This document shows positions 36,001-46,247 of a stretch of DNA of 64,000 nt, piece after piece; the stretch's first letter is position 1, and the number at the start of each line of letters is the position of its first letter. A program made the position numbers and the translations under genes. The stretch is taken from positions 1 to 64,000 of the forward strand of contig JASTWF010000327.1 in the NCBI GenBank assembly GCA_030390025.1, written 5' to 3'. This DNA comes from Squalus acanthias (taxonomy: Eukaryota). The notes beneath the pieces were generated by a model. That model worked only from the letters and a program-made list of their open reading frames with translations. It did no database searches and was not told where the DNA came from.

Positions 36001-38760
36001 GGTCGGGCAAGGTCACTGAGGGATGAAGGAGGCGAGTGTGCAGTGGAGAGTCAGGGTCGGGCTCGGTCACTGAGGGATGAAGGAGGCGAGTGTGCAGTGG
36101 AGAGTCAGGGTCGGGCTAGGTCACTGAGGGATGAAGGAGGCAAGTGTGCAGTGGAGAGTCAGGGTCGGGCTCGGTCACTGAGGGATGAAGGAGCCGAGTG
36201 TGCAGTGGAGAGTCAGGGTCGGGCTAGGTCACTGAGGGATGAAGGAGGCGAGTGTGCAGTGGAGAGTCAGGGTAGGGCTAGGTCACTGAGGGATGAAGGA
36301 GGCGAGTGTGCAGTGGAGAGTCAGGGTAGGGCTAGGTCACTGAGGGATGAAGGAGGCGAGTGTGCAGTGGAGAGTCAGCGTAGGGCTAGGTCACTGATGG
36401 ATGAAGGAGGCGAGTGTGCAGTGGAGAGTCAGGGTCGGGCTAGGTCACTGTGGGATGAAGGAGGCGACTGTGCAGTGGAGAGTCAGGGTAGGGCTAGGTC
36501 ACTGAGGGATGAAGGAGGCGAGTGTGCACTGGAGAGTCAGGGTCGGGCAAGGTCACTGAGGGATGAAGGAGGCGAGTGTGCAGTGGAGAGTCAGGGTCGG
36601 GCTAGGTCACTGAGGGATGAAGGAGGCGAGTGTGCAGTGGAGAGTCAGGGTCTGGCTGGGTCACTGAGGGATGAAGGAGGCGAGTGTGCAGTGGAGAGTC
36701 AGGGTCGGGCTAGGTCACTGAGGGATGAAGGAGGCGAGTGTGCAGTGGAGAGTCAGGGTCGGGCTAGGTCACTGAGGGATGAAGGAGGCAAGTGTGCAGT
36801 GGAGAGTCAGGGTCGGGCTCGGTCACTGAGGGATGAAGGAGCGAGTGTGCAGTGGAGAGTCAGGGTCGGGCTAGGTCACTGAGGGATGAAGGAGGCGAGT
36901 GTGCAGTGGAGAGTCAGCGTAGGGCTAGGTCACTGAGGGATGAAGGAGCCGAGTGTGCAGTGGAGAGTCAGGGTCGGGCTAGGTCAGTGAGGGATGAAGG
37001 AGGTGAGTGTGCAGTGGAGAGTCAGGGTCGGGCTAGGTCAGTGAGGGATGAAGGAGGTGAGTGTGCAGTGGAGAGTCAGGGTCGGGCTAGGTCAGTGAGG
37101 GATGAAGGAGGTGAGTGTGCAGTGGAGAGTCAGGGTCGGGCTAGGTCACTGAGGGATGAAGGAGGCGAGTGTGCAGTGGAGAGTCAGGGTCGGGCTAGGT
37201 CAGTGAGGGATGAAGGAGGTGAGTGTGCAGTGGAGAGTCAGGGTCGGGCTAGGTCAGTGAGGGATGAAGGAGGTGAGTGTGCAGTGGAGAGTCAGGGTCG
37301 GGCTAGGTCAGTGAGGGATGAAGGAGGTGAGTGTGCAGTGGAGAGTCAGGGTCGGGCTGGTCACTGAGGGATGAAGGAGGCGAATGTGCAGTGGAGAGTC
37401 AGAGTCGGGCTCGGTCACTGAGGGATGAAGGAGGCGAGTGTGCAGTGGAGAGTCAGGGTCAGGGCTAGCTCACTGAGGGATGAAGGAGGCGAGTGTGCAG
37501 TGGAGAGTCAGGGTCGGGCTAGGTCACTGAGGGATGAAGGAGGCGAGTGTGCAGTGGAGAGTCAGGGTCGGGCTAGGTCACTGAGGGATGAAGGAGGCGA
37601 GTGTGCAGTGGAGAGTCAGGGTCGGGCTAGGTCACTGAGGGATGAAGGAGGCGAGTGTGCAGTGGAGAGTCAGGGTCGGGCTCGGTCACTGAGGGATGAA
37701 GGAGGCGAGTGTGCAGTGGAGAGTCAGGGTCGGGCTAGGTCACTGAGGGATGAAGGAGGCGAGTGTGCAGTGGAGAGTCAGGGTCGGGCTAGGTCACTGA
37801 GTGATGAAGGAGGTGAGTGTGCAGTGGAGAGTCAGGGTCGGGCTAGGTCACTGAGGGATGAAGGAGGCGAGTGTGCAGTGGAGAGTCAGTGTCGGGCTAG
37901 GTCACTGAGTGATGAAGGAGGCGAGTGTGCAGTGGAGAGTCAGGGTCGGGCTAGGTTACTCAGGGATGAAGGAGGTGAGTGTGCAGTGGAGAGTCAGTGT
38001 AGGGCTCGGTCACTGAGGGATGAAGGAGGCGAGTGTGCAGTGGAGAGTCAGGGTCGGGCTAGGTCACTGAGGGATGAAGGAGGCGAGTATGCAGTGGAGA
38101 GTCAGGGTCGGGCTGGGTCACTGAGGGATGAAGGAGGCGAGTGTGCAGTGGAGAGTCAGGGTAGGGCTGGGTCACTGAGGAATGAAGGAGGCGAGTGTGC
38201 AGTGGAGACTCAGGGTCGGACTAGGTCACTGAGGGATGAAGGAGGCGAGTGTGCAGTGGAGAGTCAGGGTCGGGCTGGGTCACTGAGGGATGAAGGAGGC
38301 GAGTGTGCAGTGGAGAGTCAGGGTCGGGCTCGGTCACTGAGGGATGAAGGAGGCGAGTGTGCAGTGGAGAGTCAGGGTCGGGCTCGATCACTGAGGGATG
38401 AAGGAGGCGAGTGTGCAGTGGAGAGTCAGGGTAGAGCTAGGTTACTGCGGAATGAAGGAGGCAAGTGTGCGGTGGAGAGTCAGGGTCGGGCTAGGTCACT
38501 GAGGGATGAAGGAGGCGAGTGTGCAGTGGAGAGTCAGGGTCGGGCTAGGTCACTGAGGGATGAAGGAGGCGAGTGTGCAGTGGAGAGTCAGGGTCGGGCT
38601 AGGTCACTGAGGGATGAAGGAGGCGAGTGTGCAGTGGAGAGTCAGGGTCAGGCTAGGTCACTGAGGGATGAAGGAGGCGAGTGTGCAGTGGAGAGTCAGG
38701 GTCGGGCTAGGTCACTGAGGGATGAAGGAGGCGAGTGTGCAGTGGAGAGTCAGGGTCGGG
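1..38760. repeat. 54-bp tandem satellite, about 718 copies; unit GAGGGATGAAGGAGGCGAGTGTGCAGTGGAGAGTCAGGGTCGGGCTAGGTCACT
   Basis: Unit read directly and repeated head-to-tail from base 1 (truncated by the window) to 38760. Unit composition is G26 A12 T9 C7, with 2 CpG per unit. Confidence 0.99.
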
Positions 38761-38801
38761 CTCGCCTCCTTCATCCCTCAGTGACCTCACTCTGCCCTGA
38801 C
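38761..38801 (-). repeat. Single inverted, partly diverged copy of the satellite unit at the array boundary
   Basis: 38761-38787 CTCGCCTCCTTCATCCCTCAGTGACCT is the exact reverse complement of 38709-38735. After 7 largely mismatched bases, CCCTGAC again matches in register. Confidence 0.95.
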
Positions 38802-39400
38802 ACGCGCCCAGTGGGCGGGGTCTGAGCCCGCTGTTTCCGGTCACTCCTCCCGGAGGCCCCTACCCTGCTCAGACCCACGTGACCCTCCGCCCGCCAGCGG
38901 TCCGCACGGCGCATGCTCAGGCCACACCCTGGGACTGTCAATCATCCTCCCCTGCGCATGCACACTGTGCCCCGGAGGCCGCCGCGCGGGGCTTTCTTTG
39001 TCAAGTCAGTGTTGGTTAAGCGCCGTGATCAGTGAGGGAAAGTGAATTTTCCCCGAGATCTGACTGAGATCAGAGTGGGAGAGAGAATAAAGAGAAATAC
39101 AAACCTGAGAGTCCGCGGATCCGGGCCCCAAGCCGAGCTTCTTCAGTTTTACGTATCGCACGCGAGGAACACGTGACCCGGGCCCACGCCCTGATTGACG
39201 TGAGCTTCCGACCAATAGGGAGCGAGCGGGGCGGGGCTGGAGGAGCGAGCCGGCGGCGGGTCCTCCAACCAATCGGGGAGCCCGAGGGGCGGGACTAGCG
39301 CCGGCTGATTGTCTGATCCGCGGGGCAGCGAGTTTCTCCAGTCCCTTGTTCAGGGCCCGGGGCCAGGGGAGGCTGTGGGCCTTTATTCCCCTTATTGGAC
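38790..39400. promoter_or_regulatory. CpG-island / housekeeping-type promoter region
   Basis: GC- and CpG-rich. Contains NRF1-like GCGCATGC motifs (~38910, ~38954), CCAAT boxes (~39212, ~39269), GC boxes (GGGGCGGG ~39227, ~39287), a CRE-like TGACGTGA (~39196) and an E-box CACGTG (~39170). A possible minus-strand splice donor CAG|GTTTGT lies at 39105/39104. Confidence 0.6.
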
Positions 39401-39444
39401 ACAAGGCTCTTTGTCTCACAACACACTGGCTCAGGTTTTAATAG

Positions 39445-39594
39445 AGTCCAAAAATGTGTGGGTTAGGTTGATTTGGCTATGATAAATTGACCCTTAGTGT
39501 TAGGGGGGGATTAAATATGTGGGGTTATGGGGATAGGATGGGATATGTTAGGGGGAATTAAATACGTGGGGTTACGGGGGTAGGGTGGGATATG
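39445..39594 (+). mobile_element. V-SINE / HE1-like SINE fragment with a ~47-bp internal tandem duplication
   Basis: AGTCCAAAAATGTGTGGGTTAGGTTGATTTGGCTATGATAAATTGACCCTTAGTGT resembles the V-SINE/HE1 core (recognised from memory). 39500-39547 is imperfectly repeated at 39548-39594. Confidence 0.6.
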
Positions 39595-39597
39595 TGT

Positions 39598-39722
39598 ACT
39601 GTTGGGATTAAAGCAGGGACAGGGTACTGGATTTGGATGATCAGCCATGATCGTATTGAATGGTGGAGCAGGCTCGACGGGCCGAATGGCCCACTCCTGC
39701 TCCTAGATTCTATGTTTCTATG
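39598..39722 (+). mobile_element. CR1-clade (HER1-like) LINE 3' tail
   Basis: GATCAGCCATGATCGTATTGAATGGTGGAGCAGGCTCGACGGGCCGAATGGCCCACTCCTGCTCC followed by a TTCTATG-type tail. Closely similar to the 3' end of the CR1 at 59919-60001. Confidence 0.85.
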
Positions 39723-39774
39723 AATAACAGCAGATAAACCCCGTGCTCTGTGGCACAAACTTTCTAATATTTTA

Positions 39775-40018
39775 CAGAATCATAGAATGGTTCCAGCACA
39801 GAAGGAGGCCATTCAGCCCGTCGAGCCCGTGCCGGCTCTCTGCAAGAGCACTTCAGCTAGTCCCACTCCCCCGCCCTTTCCCCGTAGCCCTGCAAATTTC
39901 TTTCCTTCAGGTACTTATCCAATTCCCTTTTGAAAGCCGTGATTGAATCTGCCTCCACCACCCTTTCAGGCAGTGCATTCCAGATCCTAACCACTCGCTG
40001 CGTAAAAAAGTTTCCCCT
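39775..40018 (-). mobile_element. 5'-truncated CR1 LINE 3' fragment
   Basis: AGAATCATAGAATGG terminal repeat plus the ORF2 C-terminal end. Highly similar to 40798-41040. Confidence 0.85.
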
Positions 40019-40019
40019 T

Positions 40020-40797
40020 ACGCCATTAATCTAGTCTCATACTCTCTCTTTGTCCCTCTTATTCCCTTTTAAATCTCCTCTGTACATTCTATATTCAGCT
40101 TGGTTCTCTACTGTATTCTGTCATAAGCTTCATTTTCTGTCTCATTTTAACCTCTCTATATCTTTTGTCATCGAGAGAGCTCTAGCTTTGGATGCCCCTC
40201 CTTGCCCCCTTGTGGGAATGTGTCTACTCTGTACTCGAACTATGTCCTGGTTGAAGGCCTCCCATTGTTCAATTACTGTTTTGCCGACCAATTTTTGATT
40301 CCAATCCACCTGGGTCAGATCCCTTTTTAACTCCTTCAAGTTAGCACTCCTCCGGTTAAGTATTTTTATGCTTGATTGTTCCTTGTTCTTTTCTGTAACT
40401 ATTCTAAACCTGATGACATTATGATCAGTGTTCCTCAAATGCTCCCACACTGAAACATGCTCCACTTGCCCCATTTCATTCCCCAGAACTAGATCCAGCT
40501 CTGCTTCTTTCCTCGTTGGGCTGGAAACAGTGTTTAAGAAAGTTCTCTTGTACACATTTCAGTAATTTCTCCCCCTCTATGTCCTTTACACTGTTACTAT
40601 CGCAGTCTATATTAGGATAATTGAAGTCTTCCATTATCACTACGCCGTTGTTCCTGTATCTTTCTGTAATTTGTCTGCAAACTTGCTTCTCTCTCTCCTT
40701 CCCATTGTTTGGCGACCTATAGTATACACCCAGTAGCATAATAGCTCCTCTATTGTTCCTTAAATCGAACCAAATAGATTCTGTTTTTGACCTCTCA
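40020..40797 (-). mobile_element. Old CR1 LINE ORF2, APE endonuclease region (downstream part), frameshifted
   Basis: Minus-strand translations ESIWFDLRN..LLGVYYRSPN, EDFNYPNID, PTRKEAELDLVLGN and DHNVIRF are typical CR1 endonuclease motifs. Confidence 0.85.
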
Positions 40798-41785
40798 CAT
40801 AGAATCATAGAATGGTTACAGCACAGAAGGAGGCCATTTGGCCCGTCGAGCCCATGCTGGCTCTGTGCAAGTGTACTTCAGCTAGTCAGACTCCCCCACC
40901 CTTTCCCCGTAGCCCTGGAAAAAAATTTCCTTCAGGTACTTATCTAATTCCCTTTTGAAAGCCACGATTGAATCTGCCTCCACCACCCTTTCAGGCAGTG
41001 CATTCCAGATCATAACTACTCGCTGCGTAAAAAAGTTTTTCCTCATGTCGCCTTTGGTTCTTCTGCCAATCACCTTAAATCTGTGTCCTCTGGTTCTCGA
41101 CCCTTCCGCCAATGGGAACAGTTTCTCTCTATCTACTCTGTCGAGACCCCTCGTGATTTTGAACACCTCTATCAAATCTCCTCTCAACCTTCTCTGTTCT
41201 AAGGAGAACAACCCCAGCTTCTCCAGTCTATCCACGTAACTGAAGTCCCTCATCCCTGGAACCATTATTGTAAATCTTTTCTGCACCATCTCCAAGGCCT
41301 TCACATCCTTCCTAAAGTACAGTGTCCAGAATTGGGCTCAATACTCCAGTTGAGGCAGAACCAGTGTTTTATAAAGGTTCATCATAACTTCCTTGCTTTT
41401 GTACTCTATGCCACTATTTATGAAACCCAGGATCCTGTATGCTTTTTTAACTGCTTTCTCAACCTGCCCTGCCACCTTAATGATTTGTGCACATATACCC
41501 CCAGGTCTCTCTGTTCATACACCCCCTTTAGAATTGTACCCTTTAGTTTATATTGCCTCTCCTCATTCTTTCTACCAAAATGTATCAATTCGCATCTTTC
41601 TGCATTAAATTTCATCTGCCATGTGTCCGCCCATTCCACCAGCCTGTCTATGTCCTCTTGAAGTCTATCACTATCCTCCTCACTGTTGCCTATACTTCCA
41701 AGTTTTGTGTCATCTGCAAGTTTTGAAATTGTGCCCAAGTGCAAGTCATTAATATATATCAGGAAAAGCAGTGGTCCTAGTCCCT
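40798..41785 (-). mobile_element. Younger CR1 3' fragment (RT C-terminus + 3' UTR) nested in the older CR1
   Basis: GPLLFLIYINDL, ADDTKLG, WQMKFN, DLGVYVH, RRLRGDLIEVFK, SRTRGH and FFTQRVV motifs, with a CATAGAATCATAGAA tail at 40798. Confidence 0.9.
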
Positions 41786-42050
41786 CTCCAGTGCTATAAT
41801 AGTTTATTTGATCAATACTGCACCCCTCCTTTTCTCCTTTCCTATCTTTCCTGAATACCTTGTAGCCAATCCTCCCCTTGTTTGAGCCAGCTCTCTGTTA
41901 TTACCACTATATCATAGTCCCATGTGGGTACTTGTGCCTGCAGTTCACCAATGTTATGTACCACGCTCCGTGCATTTACACACATGCACTCCAACTCCAT
42001 CTTAGAATGCCTCAAACCTGGCCCCTGTCTGATCCCTCCTATGTCTGAAT
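41786..42050 (-). mobile_element. Old CR1 ORF2 endonuclease N-terminus (upstream part of the 40020-40797 element)
   Basis: Minus strand reads CMCVNARSVVHNIGELQAQ..WDYDIVVITE, the conserved start of CR1 ORF2. Confidence 0.75.
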
Positions 42051-42189
42051 ATTAAAAATCATTTATATAGTGATTTTGTTTATTGCTCCTCCGGCCCCAA
42101 CTTCAATGGGATGACAAAAGATCTGTCCACCAATTGGGGGTGTAAATTGTGGTGAATTAACCCAGAATCCTCCGCGAGGTGTAAAGTGC

Positions 42190-42580
42190 CCCATCAGTGA
42201 CGACAGGAGCCCAGTGCGCCGGCGCAGTAACTGGGTGTGCTCTGAGCATGCGCAGTGCGTGTGGTGCTGTTGGATTGAGCGGAACAGGCGGGACAGCGGC
42301 CGGGAGGCGGGAGGAGATTGTGGTCGCAGGGGATAGGATTGGACCAGCGCGTGAGTTTAAAAGCTTTATAAACACCTGGTGTAGGCCTGAGGCCCCGAAT
42401 AAGAGCCCACAGGCCCCGTGTTTCCCCGGTTACAGGCCCGGTCAGTGACCGCCCGGGTGATCCGGGTCACTGGCCGCCATCTTGGACAAGACGGGTCTCA
42501 CGGCGCATGCGCGGTACATTGGCCAGGAACAAAGAGTGGGCGGGGCTTCAGGGTCTCTGTCAGTTTGATTGGACCACATG
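42190..42580 (+). promoter_or_regulatory. CpG-rich promoter and probable non-coding first exon of the zinc-finger gene
   Basis: NRF1-type GAGCATGCGCA (42244-42254) and GCGCATGCGC (42503-42512); YY1 motif GCCGCCATCTTG (42473-42484); splice donor GTGAGT at 42351-42356; candidate acceptor TTCTTTTTACAG ending at 42984. Confidence 0.6.
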
Positions 42581-43105
42581 TTTCTCCCATATTAGTGGCC
42601 CCTGAAAGGGAGCCTTGTTGGGCTGATTCTTGTTTGGTGACCCTGGGGCAACCCAGTCTCACCCTATTGGTCCATCCAAAAAGGCCCAGTGACCAGCAGA
42701 GACAATCATTGACTCATTGATTTTATTCTCACTCTGCACACAGCGGGTGTGGAACTGAACCCAACCAGAGTAGAGGGAGGGAGAAAACTGGGAGTGGAGG
42801 AAAGAAATGTTGGAGATGGTGCGATGGGTTTGGATTTCAGCACAGGGAGGAGGGAGAGTGTGTGGGACGGGGATTTACAGCTTTGGGGGAACAAGAGAGG
42901 AAAGAATGTTCCACGGAAACTAGAATTGTCTGTTCTGAATTTCTATCCTGTACTTAGTGATGATTTTGTAAATTCTTTTTACAGGCTATTAGAAGGGGAA
43001 AATATGCAAACGGGAAACTGAAACCAAACATCATGTGAAGAGCTGACAGATTCACTCGATTGATCAGGACCTGAATATCATCGCGCTTTGAATGTGGAAG
43101 GAGAA

Positions 43106-43473
43106 ATGTTCGTCTCTTCTGTCTGTGGGAAAAGATTTCAAACATCAGTGTGACTGGAAAAGCACCGAGACACACACACCCAAGTGAGAGTGTTCCAGTG
43201 CACTGACTGTGGAAAGAGCTTTAACCAGTTACACAGCCTGAAAAAACATCGCACCGTTCACAGCGGGGAGAAACCGTACACGTGTTCTGTGTGTGGACGA
43301 GGGTTCAACTGATCATCCAACCTGGAGAGACACAAGGACACCCGCACCACGGAGAAACCATGGAAATGTGGGGACTGTGGGAAGGGATTCAGTGAACAGT
43401 CCCAGCTGGAGACCGGGGATAGGCTGTTCACCTGCTCTCTCTCTCTCGGAAGGGATTTACTCAATTATCCAGC
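43106..43473 (+). pseudogene. Decayed C2H2 fingers upstream of the main zinc-finger ORF
   Basis: Frame from ATG 43106 reads [85 protein letters not shown] stops at 43151 and 43310, then a truncated finger and a frameshift at the (CT)n run near 43436-43447. Confidence 0.8.
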
Positions 43474-45657
43474 ATGCTGACACGCCAGCGAGCTCGCAAT
43501 AGGGAGAGGCCGTTCTCCTGCTCTGTGTGTGGGAAGGGAGTCACTTGTTCATCCCACCTCACTGCACACCAACTTGATCATGCTGATGAGAGACCTTTTA
43601 AATGCTCTGACTGTGGGAACAGCTTTAAAACCTCTGAGGAACTGATTAAACACCAGGGAGTTCACGCTGACGAGAGACCGTTCTGTTGCTCTCACTGCGG
43701 GAAGAGGTTCCAGCAGTCATTCCGTCTGGCTGAACACCAGCTCCTTCACACTCATGAGAGTCCATTCAGTTGCTCTCACTGTGGGGAGAGGTTCACCCAG
43801 TCATTGCAACTAGCTGAACACCAGCAAGTTCACATCAAGGAGAGACCGTTCAACTGCTTCGTGTGTGGGAAGGGATTCACTCGTTTAGCCCAACTTATGT
43901 CACATGAGGACATTCACACTACGGAATGGCCGTTCTACTGCTCCGTGTGTGGGAAGGGATTCACTCGTTTCGTCCGCCTTTTGACACACAAGCGAGTTCA
44001 CACAGGGGCGAGGCCGTTCCCATGTTCAGTGTGTGGGAAGAGATTTACTTGTTCAAGCCACCTTTTGGAGCACAAGCGAGTTCACACCAGGGAGAGGCCG
44101 TTCACCTGTTCCATCTGTGGGAAGAGTTTCCCTTCTTCATCCCACCTCTTGATACACCAGCGAGTTCACACCAGGGGGAGGCCGTTTACCTGTTCCGTCT
44201 GTGGGAAGAGTTTCCCTTCTTCATCCCACCTCTTGATACACAAGCGAGTTCACACTGGGGAGAGGCCGTTCACCTGTTCCGTCTGTGGGAAGAGTTTCCG
44301 TCGTTCATCCCACCTCTTGATACACCAGCGAGTTCACACTGGGGAGAGGCCGTTCACCTGCTCCGTGTGTGGGAAGAGATTCGCTCAGTCATCAACCCTG
44401 CTGAGACACCAGCAAGTTCACTCTGATAAGAGACCTTTTAAATGTTCTGACTGTGAGAAGAGCTTTAAAAGAAGCAATGATCTGCTGACACACCAACGCA
44501 CTCACACCGGGGAGAATCTGTTCACCTGCTCTGTGTGTCAGAAAGGATTTACTGATTCATCCCACCTGCTGAGACACCAGCGAGTTCACACTGGGGAGAG
44601 GCCGTTCATCTGCTTTGTGTGTGGGAAGAGATTCATTGAATCATCCCACCTACTGAGACACCAGCGCACTCACACTGAGGAGAGGTCGTTCACCTGCTCC
44701 GAGTGTGGGAAGGGATTCACTCAGTCATCCAGCCTGCTGGCACACCGGCGAATTCACACTGGGGAGAAGACATTCACCTGCTCCGTGTGTGGGAAGAGAT
44801 TCGCTCAGTCATCAACCCTGCTGAGACACCAGCAAGTTCACTCTGATAAGAGACCTTTTAAATGTTCTGACTGTGAGAAGACCTTTAAAAGCAGCAGAGA
44901 TCTGCTGAGACACCAGCGCACTCACACCGGGGAGCAGCCGTTCACCTGCTCCGTGTGTCAGAAGGGATTCACTGATTCATCCCACCTACTGACCCACCAG
45001 CGAGTTCACACTGGGGAGAGGCCGTTCACCTGCTCCGTGTGTGGGAAGAGATTCGCTCAGTCATCAACCCTGCTGACACACCAGCAAGTTCACTCTGATA
45101 AGCGACCTTTTAAATGTTCTGACTGTGAGAAGAGCTTTAAAAGCAGCAATGATCTGCTGAGACACCAACGCACTCACACCGGGGAGAGGCCGTTCACCTG
45201 CTCCGTGTGTCGGAAGAGATTCACAGATTCATCCCACCTACTGACACACCAGCAAGTTCACTCTGATAAGAGACCTTTTAAATGTTCTGACTGTCAGAAG
45301 AGCTTTAAAAGAAGCAATGATCTGCTGAGACACCAACGCACTCACACCGGGGTGAATCCGTTCACCTGCTCCGTGTGTCAGAAGAGATTCAGTGACTCAT
45401 CCCACCTAAAGATACACCAGCGAGTTCACACTGGGGAGAGGCCATTCACCTGCTCCGTGTGTCAGAAGAGATTCAGTGATTCATCCCACCTAAAGAGACA
45501 CCAGCGAGTTCACACTGGAGAGAGGCCGTTCACCTGCTCCGTGTGTGGGAAGGGATTCATTCAGGCATCCAACCTGCGGACACACCAGCGAGTTCACACG
45601 TTACTGCCGAAATTGGATTCTGCTGTTATTGCTGCTGATAATCACATCCAGGACTGA
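43474..45657 (+). CDS. Tandem C2H2 (Kruppel-type) zinc-finger protein, 727 aa, 25 fingers
   Basis: Uninterrupted ORF with 25 C-x2-C-x12-H-x3-H units and TGERPF-type linkers. No KRAB/SCAN/BTB domain is visible. AATAAA at 45748-45753. Confidence 0.9.
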   Translation: MLTRQRARNRERPFSCSVCGKGVTCSSHLTAHQLDHADERPFKCSDCGNSFKTSEELIKHQGVHADERPFCCSHCGKRFQQSFRLAEHQLLHTHESPFSCSHCGERFTQSLQLAEHQQVHIKERPFNCFVCGKGFTRLAQLMSHEDIHTTEWPFYCSVCGKGFTRFVRLLTHKRVHTGARPFPCSVCGKRFTCSSHLLEHKRVHTRERPFTCSICGKSFPSSSHLLIHQRVHTRGRPFTCSVCGKSFPSSSHLLIHKRVHTGERPFTCSVCGKSFRRSSHLLIHQRVHTGERPFTCSVCGKRFAQSSTLLRHQQVHSDKRPFKCSDCEKSFKRSNDLLTHQRTHTGENLFTCSVCQKGFTDSSHLLRHQRVHTGERPFICFVCGKRFIESSHLLRHQRTHTEERSFTCSECGKGFTQSSSLLAHRRIHTGEKTFTCSVCGKRFAQSSTLLRHQQVHSDKRPFKCSDCEKTFKSSRDLLRHQRTHTGEQPFTCSVCQKGFTDSSHLLTHQRVHTGERPFTCSVCGKRFAQSSTLLTHQQVHSDKRPFKCSDCEKSFKSSNDLLRHQRTHTGERPFTCSVCRKRFTDSSHLLTHQQVHSDKRPFKCSDCQKSFKRSNDLLRHQRTHTGVNPFTCSVCQKRFSDSSHLKIHQRVHTGERPFTCSVCQKRFSDSSHLKRHQRVHTGERPFTCSVCGKGFIQASNLRTHQRVHTLLPKLDSAVIAADNHIQD

Positions 45658-45747
45658 ACCATGTTCATTCTGACAGTTGGGGTTTGTTTCTGTTGATGTT
45701 AATGACCCTATAACTGGGCTGGAGATTAATATTCTGGATCAATGTCA

Positions 45748-45753
45748 AATAAA
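45748..45753 (+). terminator. Candidate polyadenylation signal of the zinc-finger gene
   Basis: AATAAA ~90 nt after the stop codon, followed by GT-rich sequence. Confidence 0.5.
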
Positions 45754-46247
45754 TCGGCATTGTTTCAAACACACAGTGTGTCGAGTGTTTGATTTCTCCA
45801 AGATAAGAGGAGATTAATTGATGTCCTGTTACTGACTGCTCCATTTTTGAGCCTTTTCTCCTTTCTAACTCTAGATTATTTCAGTTCTCATACCTTCGGT
45901 TACTCTCATGGACAAGTCCCAGCTCCCCATACATTCCAGAGTGCCTCTCCCAGCCTTGGTATCCAGGGAAACTATCGGTAACACGCCCGGGATCACTAAA
46001 CACAAAACCCAGTCTGTTAATCACTTTCAGCTACTGGACTTAGCGTCTGCCCCACAGCATCTCTCTCACCTTCGATGTGTGAATAGAGCATCACGCCTGC
46101 AAACCTGGTTTAGATTTAAATGCACTCAGCAAAAACTCAATCAGAATCAGAGCAGCCGGGCCCGGCGGACGTGCGGCCAGGGCCCCGGCACCAGGAAACC
46201 CAGGGTGCAGCGCCTCCCCCATCCGAGCTGCCGCTTCCTGGTTTCTC

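Noticed and set aside
1..38760. CRISPR array or telomeric repeat
   Set aside because: No unique spacers or cas genes, and the context is eukaryotic. The unit is not TTAGGG, and the G-rich strand points toward unique sequence, opposite to telomere polarity for a left end.
26..38825. Giant repeat-protein ORFs (up to 3321 aa, ESQGRARSLRDEGGECAV)n
   Set aside because: The 54-bp unit is divisible by 3 and one frame lacks stops by chance. There is no synonymous-biased variation, frequent frameshifts, a nonsense variant at 35812, and no unique domain.
39006..39419. 137-aa minus-strand ORF (and similar short ORFs at 42157-43175)
   Set aside because: GC-rich promoter sequence gives spurious ORFs with no recognisable domain.
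43151..43312. Selenocysteine or read-through decoding of the in-frame TGAs
   Set aside because: The TGAs are not at cysteine positions, fit CGA>TGA decay, are followed by a frameshift, and no SECIS was recognised.
43926..44426. Alternative-frame 166-aa ORF inside the zinc-finger gene
   Set aside because: Shadow frame of the repeated finger DNA, with no independent evidence.
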